From Patescibacteria group bacterium (lineage in GTDB: Bacteria; Patescibacteriota; Dojkabacteria; GCA-002793355), in NCBI GenBank assembly GCA_016860985.1, contig BOKM01000001.1, forward strand, positions 220,185-284,184: DNA of 64,000 bases, given 5' to 3'. This document shows positions 18,002-28,232 of the stretch, piece after piece. Position 1 is the first letter of the stretch. The number at the start of each line of letters is the position of its first letter. Position numbers and translations under genes: made by a program. A model generated the notes under the pieces. The model did no database searches. It was not told the origin of the DNA and saw nothing but the letters and a program-made list of their open reading frames with translations.

Positions 18002-18378
18002 ACCTCACAGATAAGTTCACCACCAACGTTGAGTTTTCTTGCTTCAACGGTTGTCATTACACCTTGGGGTGTAGAGACTATTTGAATTCCAGTACCTGAT
18101 CGAACAGGTTGCATTTCTTCTGCTTTAATATACCAACGTCTTCCTGGTCTTGAAAAAAGTCGAACGTCTTGTAATGCTGAAAGTCCGTTCTCTGCATATT
18201 TCATCTTGACTTCAATGTTGTGACCTACGATATCATAGCCAACAATAAAGCCGCGCTTTGCAAGGACCTCTAACACTGCAATTGCATACTTAAACTTTGG
18301 AACCTCTACGACCTTCTTGCTGATCATTGCAGCATTCTTGAGTCTTATTAATACATCGCCAATACTATAGTTCGTCAT
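17995..18378 (-). CDS. rpsH: 30S ribosomal protein S8
   Basis: DVLIRLKNAAMISKKVVEVP S8 N-terminus. Confidence 0.9.
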   Translation of the reverse strand: MTNYSIGDVLIRLKNAAMISKKVVEVPKFKYAIAVLEVLAKRGFIVGYDIVGHNIEVKMKYAENGLSALQDVRLFSRPGRRWYIKAEEMQPVRSGTGIQIVSTPQGVMTTVEARKLNVGGELICEVW

Positions 18379-18381
18379 CTT

Positions 18382-18576
18382 TTACCAGCTCGATTTAGTT
18401 ACACCGGGAAGTAATCCTTGATGTGCAAGTTCGCGTAAACAAACTCGGCAAATGCCAAAGTCTCTAATATACGCAGAGCGTCTTCCACATCGCTGACACT
18501 GATTGTAAATCCGTGTCTTAAATGGAGCTCTTGCAACCAATCTCTTATGTTTTGCTTCGCGAATCCGTTTCGACAT
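18382..18576 (-). CDS. rpsN: 30S ribosomal protein S14, zinc-binding short form
   Basis: 64 aa with the C-x2-C...C-x2-C motif ([23 protein letters not shown]). Confidence 0.85.
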   Translation of the reverse strand: MSKRIREAKHKRLVARAPFKTRIYNQCQRCGRRSAYIRDFGICRVCLRELAHQGLLPGVTKSSW

Positions 18577-18582
18577 CTTTTA

Positions 18583-19122
18583 TTATGCTTTAAAAATAAA
18601 ACCTAATCTCTTCATTAAATCGCTTGTTAACTCTTTCGTTCCGTTTGAGAACGTCATAGTAATTGCGAATCCTTTTGACTTTACAACTTTCGTTGCATCA
18701 ATTTCTGGAAAGACAACGAGTTCAGTCACCCCCAACGTGTAGGTTCCTTTTGCATCGAATGCAGTTGCGGAAATCCCACGGAAGTCTTTAACTCTCGGTA
18801 AGACGATGTTAATGAGCTTATCAATAAAGTGCCACATTTTATCACGTCGAAGTGTTACTTTCAAGCCGATTACTGCACCTTTTTGTAAGCTGAAGTCTGC
18901 AATGCTCTTTTTTGCACGAGTTTGTACTGGCTTTTGACCGGCAATCGCTTCCAAATCTTTCAGATAGGTATCAATAACACCTTTATCTTTCAATGCTTCA
19001 CCTAACCCCATGTTGAGTACAACCTTTTGAGGAATTGGTGCTGCCATTACATTTGTAATTCCATGATCGGCCATGAACTTTGGCAAAATCTCTTTTTCAA
19101 ATCTCTCTTTAAGCGGCTTCAT
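18583..19122 (-). CDS. rplE: 50S ribosomal protein L5
   Basis: L5 signature blocks at the conserved spc-operon position. Confidence 0.9.
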   Translation of the reverse strand: MKPLKERFEKEILPKFMADHGITNVMAAPIPQKVVLNMGLGEALKDKGVIDTYLKDLEAIAGQKPVQTRAKKSIADFSLQKGAVIGLKVTLRRDKMWHFIDKLINIVLPRVKDFRGISATAFDAKGTYTLGVTELVVFPEIDATKVVKSKGFAITMTFSNGTKELTSDLMKRLGFIFKA

Positions 19123-19534
19123 CTTTCTTTGCCTTTGACTTAACTACTTTTTTCTTTACAACCTTTTTTGGTTTCTCTTCTGTTGTGTCTTCAGTTGCTT
19201 TGGCCTCTGACTCGATTGCTACAGCAACGATTACTTCTTGTGATTTTTTAGCAATTCGTAACTTCTTTCCATCTTTTATTTGGAATGATACTTTTGTTGG
19301 CTTTCCTGTTTTTGGATCAATGATTTGCACATTTGAAATTTGGAATGGTCGCTCAATTTCAACAACTGTACCATCTTGATTCTTGCCTAACGCATTCTTC
19401 TTTACGAATTTCTTCATTTTGTTGACACCTTCTACAATCACTCGGTTACCTGATACTGAAAGAACTTTGCCTTTCTTTCCTTTTTCGTCACCTGCAATGA
19501 CAATAACTGTGTCTCCTGATTTTATCTTTCTCAT
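19109..19534 (-). CDS. rplX: 50S ribosomal protein L24 with Lys-rich C-terminal extension
   Basis: KOW motif (IKSGDTVIVIAGDEKGKKGKVL) plus a roughly 40-aa K/E-rich tail. Confidence 0.85.
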   Translation of the reverse strand: MRKIKSGDTVIVIAGDEKGKKGKVLSVSGNRVIVEGVNKMKKFVKKNALGKNQDGTVVEIERPFQISNVQIIDPKTGKPTKVSFQIKDGKKLRIAKKSQEVIVAVAIESEAKATEDTTEEKPKKVVKKKVVKSKAKKDEAA

Positions 19535-19902
19535 AATGTTTCTGGAGCCAAGTAAGTTATCTTGTCGAATCCATGAGCTTTTAATTCACGAGCAACTGGT
19601 CCAAAAATACGTGAACCTTTTGGCTCATTGGTTGTACCATCTAGAAGGACAACTGCATTGTCATCGAAACGGATATAGGTTCCATCTTCTCGTCGGTGTT
19701 CTTTTTTCACTCGAACAACAACAGCTCGGTGTAATTCACCTTTCTTAACCGAACCACCTGGCCTTGCAGCTTTTACCGTTACTTTCACCACATCACTCAA
19801 ACGAATAATCTTTTTCTTTGTACCACCGTATGTACCGATGATAGTAACTGCGGTTGCGCCTGTGTTGTCAGCAACGTTACAGCTTGTTAAAAATTTAATC
19901 AT
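19531..19902 (-). CDS. rplN: 50S ribosomal protein L14
   Basis: MIKFLTSCNVADNTGA L14 N-terminus. Confidence 0.9.
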   Translation of the reverse strand: MIKFLTSCNVADNTGATAVTIIGTYGGTKKKIIRLSDVVKVTVKAARPGGSVKKGELHRAVVVRVKKEHRREDGTYIRFDDNAVVLLDGTTNEPKGSRIFGPVARELKAHGFDKITYLAPETL

Positions 19903-19903
19903 A

Positions 19904-20152
19904 CTATTTCTCGCTCACCTTAGAATCATTTACAAACACATAATGCTTGAGTTTCGAAATTCTCTTTGTTGCTGGAACAATTGAGACTTTCTCACCAATT
20001 GCATGTTCATTTTCGCTGTGCACTAAGAAGGATCTTCTGTAGGTCACAATCTTTCGGTACGTAGGGTGAACTTTTCGATAAGAAATGGTGACTCTGTACG
20101 TCTTTTTCCCACTTACTTTTGTAATTTCACCGGTCAATGCACTACGAGCCAT
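19904..20152 (-). CDS. rpsQ: 30S ribosomal protein S17
   Basis: OB-fold S17 (LTGEITKVSGKKTYRVTI...YRRSFLVHSENE). Start set at MARS, giving an 11-nt overlap with rpmC. Confidence 0.85.
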   Translation of the reverse strand: MARSALTGEITKVSGKKTYRVTISYRKVHPTYRKIVTYRRSFLVHSENEHAIGEKVSIVPATKRISKLKHYVFVNDSKVSEK

Positions 20153-20312
20153 GTTGCATTGCATTTAACTTAGTCAACATTGATGCGAGCTCTCTTTTTG
20201 TTTTTTGGAGGCTACTCGTATCTTTCAAGGTTCCTTTAATCAATTCTAGTTCTTTCTCAGAAACAGCTTTTCTAAGTTCCTGAACTTTTTTTACTAATTC
20301 TGCTTTTTCCAT
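20142..20312 (-). CDS. rpmC: 50S ribosomal protein L29
   Basis: Not in the ORF track (under 60 aa), so translated by hand: MEKAELVKKVQELRKAVSEKELELIKGTLKDTSSLQKTKRELASMLTKLNAMQHGS. Helical L29-like, between rplP and rpsQ as expected. Confidence 0.7.
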   Translation of the reverse strand: MEKAELVKKVQELRKAVSEKELELIKGTLKDTSSLQKTKRELASMLTKLNAMQHGS

Positions 20313-20313
20313 A

Positions 20314-20724
20314 TTACTGTTTCTTAACTACCTTAACTTTTACCGAAAGTTTGTGTGCAGCTCTTCTAAAGGCTTCTACTGCATCTTTCTCTTCTACACC
20401 ACCAAGCTCGAAGATGATTCGACCTTTTTTGACAACTGCTGCATATCGATCAATATCACCTTTACCGCTACCCATACGTGTTTCTGCAGGGTGCTTTGTA
20501 ATTGGTCGGTCAGGAAAGACCTTCATCCAAAGCTTTCCTTTTCTCTTTACGTACCCAACAATAGCGCGTCTGGCAGCATCAAGCTGATTCGCTTCTACGA
20601 GTGAGTTTTCTAAAGACATGATTCCAAAAGAGCCGAACGACAAGGAATCAACCACAGGCTTTTTATTGTCTGGAGTTGCGGTGTGTGGCTTTCTGAATTT
20701 TAGTTTTTTTGGCTGTTGCAACAT
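20314..20724 (-). CDS. rplP: 50S ribosomal protein L16
   Basis: MLQQPKKLKFRKPHT L16 N-terminus. Confidence 0.9.
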   Translation of the reverse strand: MLQQPKKLKFRKPHTATPDNKKPVVDSLSFGSFGIMSLENSLVEANQLDAARRAIVGYVKRKGKLWMKVFPDRPITKHPAETRMGSGKGDIDRYAAVVKKGRIIFELGGVEEKDAVEAFRRAAHKLSVKVKVVKKQ

Positions 20725-20744
20725 ACGCTATTTGTTTAATCTTA

Positions 20745-21380
20745 CTAATAGATCTCTCCTTTGTAGATCCAAACTTTAACACTCAAAATACCTGCATTCA
20801 TGCTCTTTGCTCGCACGTATGCATAATCAATATCTGCTCTTAATGTTTGCAACGGAACTCTTCCGGTTTGTTTTTTATACATGTTTGCATGTTCTCCACC
20901 GGTAAGTCGACCTGCTACCCAAATTTTAATACCTTGTACACCAGATCGCTGTGCTGATTCGATTGCTCTTTTAACGAGAGATTTAACGCTTCTTCTTCGT
21001 TCAATACCGTCTGCAATTTGCTGTGCAATAATTCTTGCTGAAAATTGTGGTTGCTGAACACCTTTAATTTGTAAATCTACTGCTTTTGCGGCTACGACTT
21101 TTTGCAAATCTTTTTTGGTTTTTTCGATGAGCTTACCTTCTCTACCAATCGCCATACCTGGTCTTCCGACATGAACAACGACTTCGATTGCACTGGGTGA
21201 GCGATTAATCTCGATATCTTGGATCTCTGCAGCTTTAAAGGCATCACTGATAAAATCACGAACCTTTAAATCTTCATGAAGATTCTTTGTATAATCCTCT
21301 TTCTTTCCACTAAACCAAGTAGAAAGCCAGTTTTTGATAACGCCAACGCGAAAACCGCTTGCGTTGATTTTATTTCCCAT
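20745..21380 (-). CDS. rpsC: 30S ribosomal protein S3
   Basis: KH domain and S3 C-terminal domain. Confidence 0.9.
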   Translation of the reverse strand: MGNKINASGFRVGVIKNWLSTWFSGKKEDYTKNLHEDLKVRDFISDAFKAAEIQDIEINRSPSAIEVVVHVGRPGMAIGREGKLIEKTKKDLQKVVAAKAVDLQIKGVQQPQFSARIIAQQIADGIERRRSVKSLVKRAIESAQRSGVQGIKIWVAGRLTGGEHANMYKKQTGRVPLQTLRADIDYAYVRAKSMNAGILSVKVWIYKGEIY

Positions 21381-21717
21381 AGGATAGCTCTACGTATAAG
21401 TTAGCTCGATATTTTCTGACAAAAGTAACACGCCCGCGTGATGCAAAGCGTACTTTTCGAAGTCTCTTCATTCCATCTGTTGACCAAATCTTTGTGACAA
21501 CAAGCTTAGAAGTATCTAGTTTAAAGTTGTGCTCGGCATTCGCAACAGCAGCAGAGATAACCTTGTGTGCATAGAAGGCTCCTTTTTTAGGAAGAAGTTT
21601 CAACTCGTCTAAGGCTCTCATTGCGTTGTGTCCTTTAACCACTTCAATCACTCTTGCGAGTTTTTTTGGTGACATCGGAATATTTATTTGGGTTGCGGTT
21701 ACAATCATGTTACTCAA
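21370..21717 (-). CDS. rplV: 50S ribosomal protein L22
   Basis: L22 pattern at the operon position. Confidence 0.9.
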   Translation of the reverse strand: MSNMIVTATQINIPMSPKKLARVIEVVKGHNAMRALDELKLLPKKGAFYAHKVISAAVANAEHNFKLDTSKLVVTKIWSTDGMKRLRKVRFASRGRVTFVRKYRANLYVELSYGK

Positions 21718-21725
21718 TATTCATA

Positions 21726-22040
21726 TTACTCTTGAAGGAATCTACCAGAGAATCCATACAACTTTGAAATCTTACCCTTCTTGGCGTGACCTTGGAACTT
21801 ACGTGTTATTGCAAACTCTCCGAGTCGATGCCCTACCATATCTTCTGAAATCAATACAGTAACAAAATCCTTTCCATTATGAACTGCAAATTTCATACCA
21901 ACCATGTCGGGGAAAATGGTACAGTCTCGTGCCCAAGTCTTTACAACAACATCAGTTGCTTTTCCAGATTGTCGCAAGGCCATAACCTTCTTCTCGAGGC
22001 TTGGTGTGACGTATATTCCTTTTTTTAGTGATCGTGACAT
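21726..22040 (-). CDS. rpsS: 30S ribosomal protein S19
   Basis: [11 protein letters not shown] ... [11 protein letters not shown]19 signature. Confidence 0.9.
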   Translation of the reverse strand: MSRSLKKGIYVTPSLEKKVMALRQSGKATDVVVKTWARDCTIFPDMVGMKFAVHNGKDFVTVLISEDMVGHRLGEFAITRKFQGHAKKGKISKLYGFSGRFLQE

Positions 22041-22052
22041 AGTTTCAATGTT

Positions 22053-22880
22053 TTATTTAGTTCTTCGCTTTAAGATAAACTTGTCAGTTCTCTTGTTATT
22101 TCTTGTTCGAATACCAATTCTGTGACCGAAGATATCTTTAGCTGGTCCACCGGTACCCGTCTTACCTTCACCACCACCGTGTGGGTGCTGTTGCGCATGC
22201 ATTGCAACACCTCGAACTGATGGGCGCTTTCCGAGTCTTCTGTTTGTTCCGGCGCTACCGATAACTTCGTGCAAGTGGTCTTCGTTTGAAACGGATCCAA
22301 CACTTGCCAAACAATCACCATGAAGCAATCGTGTTTCACCTGATGGCATCTTTACTTGAACGTATTTACCAACCTGACCTTGAACTTGGATTGAGTTACC
22401 TGCGGATCGACCAAGTTTTGCTCCTCTTCCTGGATACATTTCAACATTATGAACGTTAAATCCTGATGGAATATTCTTTAAGAGCGTTGCATTGCCTGGA
22501 TCAAGAACGACTTCTTTCTTACTTGAGACAACTGTCATTCCGACTTCTAGTCCTGCAGGAGCAAGAATAAAACGCTTATCTCCGTCTGGATAGACAATTA
22601 ACGCAATTGCTGCGGTACGATTTGGATCAAATTCCAATGAATGAACCTTTCCGACAATGTCGAATTTGTTTCTATTAAAATCAATAACACGATACAAGCG
22701 CTTTTGTCCGCCACCTCTGTGTCGAACGGTGATTCGCCCCTGATTATTTCTACCAGTTACCTTTTTAGCTGGTGCAAATAACTTCTTTGGTGCAGCACTA
22801 TCTTTGGCAAAAGAAGAGCGATCAATCATCACTCGTTGCCTTCGTGGATTAGTTGTAGCTTTATATCTCTTCAGCGCCAT
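22053..22880 (-). CDS. rplB: 50S ribosomal protein L2
   Basis: 275 aa with the L2 signature (MHAQQHPHGGGEGKTG). Confidence 0.9.
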   Translation of the reverse strand: MALKRYKATTNPRRQRVMIDRSSFAKDSAAPKKLFAPAKKVTGRNNQGRITVRHRGGGQKRLYRVIDFNRNKFDIVGKVHSLEFDPNRTAAIALIVYPDGDKRFILAPAGLEVGMTVVSSKKEVVLDPGNATLLKNIPSGFNVHNVEMYPGRGAKLGRSAGNSIQVQGQVGKYVQVKMPSGETRLLHGDCLASVGSVSNEDHLHEVIGSAGTNRRLGKRPSVRGVAMHAQQHPHGGGEGKTGTGGPAKDIFGHRIGIRTRNNKRTDKFILKRRTK

Positions 22881-22899
22881 AGCGCAATTCCGTAATTAT

Positions 22900-23193
22900 T
22901 TATTTAAAAAGATCTAGTGTCTGTCCTTTTTGTAGTTTGACGTACACTTTTTTATAATCTGGGGTTGTGTATGCTCTTCGTGTGAGAAGATTTCTCTTTT
23001 GCTTTCCTTTCCTTACCAGAGAGGTGCACTCTACGACGTCGACATTATACACTTCCTTAAGTGCCTTGATTATATCAGATTTCTCCATATCTTGCATAGT
23101 GGCAAAGGTATAAATACCTGCATTTGCAAGTTTGAAAGTTTTTTCTGTTTTTACTGGATAAATCTTAGGCGTCATGTTTTGTAATTCTTTCAA
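22900..23193 (-). CDS. rplW: 50S ribosomal protein L23
   Basis: 97 aa, L23 fold and operon position. Confidence 0.85.
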   Translation of the reverse strand: MKELQNMTPKIYPVKTEKTFKLANAGIYTFATMQDMEKSDIIKALKEVYNVDVVECTSLVRKGKQKRNLLTRRAYTTPDYKKVYVKLQKGQTLDLFK

Positions 23194-23803
23194 CTAAAGC
23201 ATTAAGTGCACCTTCTGCGAAAACATAGAGTGCTTTCTTACTCATATCTAATGGGCTTACCAGTGAGGAACGACGCAAGGTAACGTTCTTTAAATTTCTA
23301 AACATTGCAGCTGTTGTTTCGTCTTTTGTTTGAACGACAACGATAACTGGCATTTTGAACGCATTCATTTTTTGTACGAACTCTGCGGCTTGTTTGGTTT
23401 TTCTTGCTTCTGTCGCTTCACTAAATACAACCACTGAACCTTGTGCGATTTCTTGATCTAGGAAATAACGCATTGCCTTTCTTTTAAGAGAGGTTGGAAT
23501 TGCTAATCGAGTTGTGTTTGCTCGTGGACCAAAAGTAACACCACCACCAACCCAGATTGGTGAGTTTCGTGAACCGTGTCGTGCTCGACCTGTTCCCTTC
23601 TGTCTCCAAGGTTTTTTATCTGGATGTGACACCTCGCCTCGTGTTTTTGCTTGAGCGGTGCCTTGATGAGTATTTGCAGTATAGGCTCTCAGTACCTGCG
23701 CAATCATTGCATCAGATAGCTTTTCCGAAAATGGAGAGTATGAAAACTCTCCTACCTTTGCTGCTTCTAAATTGTAAACTGGAAGTGTTACTGACATTAC
23801 CAC
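23165..23803 (-). CDS. rplD: 50S ribosomal protein L4
   Basis: L4 signature (KPWRQKGTGRARHGS). Confidence 0.9.
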   Translation of the reverse strand: MVMSVTLPVYNLEAAKVGEFSYSPFSEKLSDAMIAQVLRAYTANTHQGTAQAKTRGEVSHPDKKPWRQKGTGRARHGSRNSPIWVGGGVTFGPRANTTRLAIPTSLKRKAMRYFLDQEIAQGSVVVFSEATEARKTKQAAEFVQKMNAFKMPVIVVVQTKDETTAAMFRNLKNVTLRRSSLVSPLDMSKKALYVFAEGALNALVERITKHDA

Positions 23804-24372
23804 GACAATTGAATTATGCTGCCGTTTGGCCCTGGGATTGCTCCTTTAAGAACCAAGAACGATTTACCTTCTTCTGAAAATACTTTTACTACTTTTAAGT
23901 TTCTTACTTTTACTGTATCCGAACCCATTCGACCTGCCATTCTGGCACCTTTAAAGATTCGACCCGGGGTTGTACCTGCACCAACAGATCCTGCTGCTCT
24001 TACACGATCAGACTGACCATGTGTCTCTTTTCCACCTTTGAATCCGTATCTTTTAACAACACCAGCAAATCCTTTACCTTTTGATGTTCCAACAGCGTGG
24101 ATTGTTGAAGGAAGTTCTGGTGAGAATTGACCGACTGATACACCTTCTTTTGACATATCTGATTCGGTTACAACTTCTGGTGCAAATCCCAAGTCTTTAT
24201 ACTGACCAAGTTGTGCTTTTGTTGGATGCTTTATTTTTCCAAAGCCAACCAATACAGTGTTGTCGGTTACTTTTGCGATAACGTTTTCTGTGATATCAAT
24301 AACGGTAACTGGGGCAACAAGATAACCATCTTCGATATGAGTCATTCCGATTTTTTTACCAAAGAGTACCAT
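23797..24372 (-). CDS. rplC: 50S ribosomal protein L3
   Basis: L3 signature (GKGFAGVVKRYGFKGG). Confidence 0.9.
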   Translation of the reverse strand: MVLFGKKIGMTHIEDGYLVAPVTVIDITENVIAKVTDNTVLVGFGKIKHPTKAQLGQYKDLGFAPEVVTESDMSKEGVSVGQFSPELPSTIHAVGTSKGKGFAGVVKRYGFKGGKETHGQSDRVRAAGSVGAGTTPGRIFKGARMAGRMGSDTVKVRNLKVVKVFSEEGKSFLVLKGAIPGPNGSIIQLSW

Positions 24373-24373
24373 G

Positions 24374-24694
24374 TTATTTCTGATTCAATTCAACTGAGAC
24401 ACCAGCAGGAACATTTACGCCCTGCAAGGCTTCGATCGTTTTTGGGTTCCAGTTCGAAATAAGAATCAACCTTTTATGAGTTCTCATCTCGAAATGCTCC
24501 ATTGATGACTTGTAGACATGTGGAGATTTGTTAACTGCCCATACCTTTCTTTCAACAGGAAGCATAACAGGCCCGACGACCTGTGCGCCTGTTTTAAGCA
24601 CGTTCGCTACGATATTCTTAACAGTAGTGTCAAGAAGTTTAATATCGTAGGCAGCGAGCTTTACTTTAATTTTGTATGCACTGTCATTTGCCAT
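24374..24694 (-). CDS. rpsJ: 30S ribosomal protein S10
   Basis: KIKVKLAAYDIKLLD ... S10 core. Start trimmed to MANDSAYK. Confidence 0.9.
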   Translation of the reverse strand: MANDSAYKIKVKLAAYDIKLLDTTVKNIVANVLKTGAQVVGPVMLPVERKVWAVNKSPHVYKSSMEHFEMRTHKRLILISNWNPKTIEALQGVNVPAGVSVELNQK

Positions 24695-24751
24695 AGTTCT
24701 GTTTCCTGTTATGTAAAAGAGCAAAGTGGGGGCACGTGGCCCCCACTAAAC

Positions 24752-25918
24752 TTATTTGATGATTTCGGTGACGACTCCTGCACCTACTGTTGTACCACCT
24801 TCTCGAACAGCGAATTTCATTCCCTTTTCGATAACGACTGGAACAATCAATTTAACATTGAGTGCTGCGTTGTCTCCCGGCATAATCATTTCTGTACCAG
24901 CTTCGAGTGTTACTTCACCCGTAATATCTGCAGTCTTGATGTAGAACTGTGGTCGGTAACCGCTAACGAATGCGGTGTGTCGTCCACCTTCCTCTTTCTT
25001 CAAAACGTAGACACTTGCTTTAAACTCTGTATGCATGGTAACTGAACCTGTTTTTGCCAAAACCATACCTCGTTCAACATCCTTTCTTTCGATTCCTCGA
25101 ACAAGAACGCCGACATTATCACCTGCCATTACTGAGTCAAGTGACTTTCGGAACATTTCGAGTCCTGTTGCTGTTGTCTTTACTGGTTTGTGACCAAGTC
25201 CAAGAAGTTCAACTTCTTCGTTTACCTTCAAAGTACCTCTTTCAACACGGCCTGTTACAACTGTACCACGACCTGTGATGGAGAAGACATCTTCAATACC
25301 CATTAAGAATGGCTTGTCCATTTCTCGTTCTGGCAATTCAAAGTATTCGTCAACGGTTGCCATCATTTCACGAGTCTTGGTTACCCACTCTTCGTTTCCT
25401 TCTGCTGCATTGAATGCATCGATAATGAATACTGGAGCATCTTTGTCGTAACCATTCTTTGCAAGAAGATCACGGACGTCTTCAGTAATAAGCTGTAAAA
25501 TCTCTTCATCAACTGCACCAAACTTGTTAATAACGACTGCGAGTTTTGGAACGCCGACTTGTCGAGCAAGAAGTACGTGTTCTCGTGTTTGAGGCATTGC
25601 ACCATCTGAAGAAGATACAACCAAAAGTGCGCCGTCTAACTGTGCTGCACCGGTGATCATGTTCTTGATATAGTCTTTGTGCCCTGGACAGTCAATCCAA
25701 GCATAGTGTCGGTTTGGAGTTTCGAATTCAACGTGTGCAATAGAAATAGTAATACCACGCTGTCGTGACTCTGGTGCCTTATCGATCTTATCTGCAGTTG
25801 CCTGCCATTGTGGATCAAATGCACGAAGAACTGCACGTGAAAGTGTTGACTTTCCGTGGTCGACGTGACCAAGAGTGCCGATGTTAAAGTGTGGCTTTGT
25901 GCGGTCAAATACTGCCAT
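24752..25918 (-). CDS. tuf: elongation factor Tu
   Basis: [11 protein letters not shown]-loop, DCPGH, NKFD and the EF-Tu domain 2/3 blocks. Confidence 0.95.
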   Translation of the reverse strand: MAVFDRTKPHFNIGTLGHVDHGKSTLSRAVLRAFDPQWQATADKIDKAPESRQRGITISIAHVEFETPNRHYAWIDCPGHKDYIKNMITGAAQLDGALLVVSSSDGAMPQTREHVLLARQVGVPKLAVVINKFGAVDEEILQLITEDVRDLLAKNGYDKDAPVFIIDAFNAAEGNEEWVTKTREMMATVDEYFELPEREMDKPFLMGIEDVFSITGRGTVVTGRVERGTLKVNEEVELLGLGHKPVKTTATGLEMFRKSLDSVMAGDNVGVLVRGIERKDVERGMVLAKTGSVTMHTEFKASVYVLKKEEGGRHTAFVSGYRPQFYIKTADITGEVTLEAGTEMIMPGDNAALNVKLIVPVVIEKGMKFAVREGGTTVGAGVVTEIIK

Positions 25919-26060
25919 GTTTCTGTACTTTTTAAATTAATATAATTTTTGTTTCTAAAAAGCTCCTTAATGATATCAAATGTTTTTGCGGAATGCAATA
26001 CCTTTTCGAGGTTTTTTGCATTTTTAGCAAGTAATTTGATTACTTGAAACTATTCTAGAA

Positions 26061-28154
26061 CTATTTTGCGTTCTGTACCAATTGCGCGACGAGTGAATTC
26101 GGTACTCTGTCGTAGTGAGAGAACTCCATATATGAAGATCCTCGACCTGACGTTGAAGCACGAAGTCGTGTCGTGAAATCGAAAGTCTCAGAAAGAGGGA
26201 TGTCTGCAATAATTACTTGCAATCCTGCTCTCTCGTTTGCACCTTGAATCTGCGCGCGCTTACTGTTTAGTAAGCCGGTTACTTCACCAAGGTACTGGTC
26301 GGGGACCATGACTTCGATTTTCATAATTGGTTCAAGCAAATATGGTTGTGCTGCCTTTTGTCCATCCTTAAACGCTTGTGCACCTGCGACTTTAAAGGCT
26401 GCTTCCGAAGAGTCAACATCGTGATACGAACCATCATAGACTGCTACTTTGACATCAACTACTGGATATCCTGCAATAACTCCTGCTTGGAGTGCTTCTT
26501 CTACACCCTTTCGAACTGCAGGGATATATTCTCGTGGAATTGCACCACCCTTTACCTCGTCTACGAATTCAAATCCTACACCACGCTCTTGTGGTTCAAG
26601 TCTCAACCAGCAGTGACCATACTGACCCTTACCACCAGACTGTCGGACAAATTTACCTTCCATTTTCACCGAAGTTCCAATAGATTCGCGGTACGCGACC
26701 TTTGGTTCTCCAAGTCTTGTCTGAAGGCCCATGGCACTTGCCATACGTTCGGTCCAAATCTGAAGGTGGAATTGTCCCATACCCATGATAATTGTTTCTG
26801 CCGTTTCTGGATCAACTTTTACCTTGATAGTTGGATCTTCTACCTGTACCTTTGCAAGTACATCTGCCATCTTTTCAGAATCTTGTTTGGTGACTGGGAA
26901 GATTGAAGCAGAAACGACAGGCTCTGCGAATTGGATGTTTTCGAGAATAGCTGGGTTTGCTTGATCTGACAAAGTATCACCAGTGACACTCTTCTTCATA
27001 CCTACCAAACCACCAATTTCTCCTGCTCGCAACTCGTCTACTTCTTCTCTATGCGCTGCATGAATCAAGAGTACTCGACCAACGCGTTCCATTTCATTCT
27101 TTGTTGAGTTCCATACATAGGTCCCTGGTTTTAATACTCCAGAATACACACGGACGTACGAAAGAGTTCCAACGTGCTCATCTGATACTACTTTGAATAC
27201 CAAAGCCGCCAATGGCTCTTTTTCGTCTGGCCTGCGTACGACTGTTTCTTTTGTCTTTGGATTGGTACCCTCGACCGGAGGAACATCAAACGGTGAAGGG
27301 AGATATTCAACAACTGTATCCAAAAGTTTTCGAGTAATTGGACCACGTGAATCGCCACCAAGTACTGGGAAAATTCCACTAATAACTGTTGCCTTTCGCA
27401 ATGTCTTCTTAAGCTCAGCTACTGGGATTTCTTTGCCTTCCAAGTAAAGTTCCATCAATTTGTCATCAAATTCCACAATCTTCTCGATAAGAATATTGCG
27501 ATACTCATGGACCTTAAGTTTCATGTCTTCGGGGATTGGTCCTTCTTCTAATTCGAACTGGTTAATATCTTTATAGAAGTATGCTTTTTCATCGAGTAAG
27601 TCAACAAGACCGTGGAGTTGATCTTCTAAGCCGATTGGTAATGCAAGAGCAACTGCGTTTCTAGAAAGTCTCTCTTGAATTGATTTTAAGCTTGCGTAAA
27701 AGTCACCACCGATAATATTGAGTTTGTTAACAAAGCAGATACGAGGAACGTTATATTTATCTGCCTGTCTCCATACTGTTTCGGTTTGTGCTTGAACACC
27801 GGTTTTACCGTCAAAGATAACACATGCACCGTCAAGAATACGAAGTGATCGTTCAACTTCTGCTGTAAAATCTACGTGCCCCGGGGTATCGATAAGGTTC
27901 AATCGATATTTTTCGTTGTCTTTTGTCCAAAAACAGGTTGTTGCGGCAGAAACAATAGTGACTCCTCTTGCTTTTTCTTCTGCAAGATAGTCCATGGTTG
28001 CTGCGCCTTCGTGAACTTCTCCGACTTTGTGAGTTTTTCCTGTAAAATACAACATTCGTTCTGAGGTCGTTGTTTTACCTGCGTCAATGTGGGCAATGGT
28101 CCCAAAGTTACGGACCAAATGCAGGTCAATCTTTACATTTTCGGCTTTTGCCAT
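26061..28154 (-). CDS. fusA: elongation factor G
   Basis: AHIDAGKTTTSE P-loop and five EF-G domains. Start set at MAKAENVKID. Confidence 0.95.
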   Translation of the reverse strand: MAKAENVKIDLHLVRNFGTIAHIDAGKTTTSERMLYFTGKTHKVGEVHEGAATMDYLAEEKARGVTIVSAATTCFWTKDNEKYRLNLIDTPGHVDFTAEVERSLRILDGACVIFDGKTGVQAQTETVWRQADKYNVPRICFVNKLNIIGGDFYASLKSIQERLSRNAVALALPIGLEDQLHGLVDLLDEKAYFYKDINQFELEEGPIPEDMKLKVHEYRNILIEKIVEFDDKLMELYLEGKEIPVAELKKTLRKATVISGIFPVLGGDSRGPITRKLLDTVVEYLPSPFDVPPVEGTNPKTKETVVRRPDEKEPLAALVFKVVSDEHVGTLSYVRVYSGVLKPGTYVWNSTKNEMERVGRVLLIHAAHREEVDELRAGEIGGLVGMKKSVTGDTLSDQANPAILENIQFAEPVVSASIFPVTKQDSEKMADVLAKVQVEDPTIKVKVDPETAETIIMGMGQFHLQIWTERMASAMGLQTRLGEPKVAYRESIGTSVKMEGKFVRQSGGKGQYGHCWLRLEPQERGVGFEFVDEVKGGAIPREYIPAVRKGVEEALQAGVIAGYPVVDVKVAVYDGSYHDVDSSEAAFKVAGAQAFKDGQKAAQPYLLEPIMKIEVMVPDQYLGEVTGLLNSKRAQIQGANERAGLQVIIADIPLSETFDFTTRLRASTSGRGSSYMEFSHYDRVPNSLVAQLVQNAK

Positions 28155-28232
28155 ACAAATCAGTGTTATCTTAAACAATTATGGAATCGTGGGATTATAC
28201 TACAATTTTGTGACAACACCAAGAGCCCTTTA

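Noticed and set aside
20142-20312. Apparent in-frame fusion of L29 to S17.
   Set aside because: Careful reverse translation shows L29 is in a different frame and terminates (TAG) 11 nt inside the S17 start. This is an ordinary short overlap.
24518-25045. Long antisense ORFs inside tuf, fusA, rny and other genes (for example 24518..25045, 26346..26906, 12963..13421).
   Set aside because: They lie opposite strongly conserved genes, have Cys/Phe/Ser-rich junk composition and are typical low-stop-density antisense frames.
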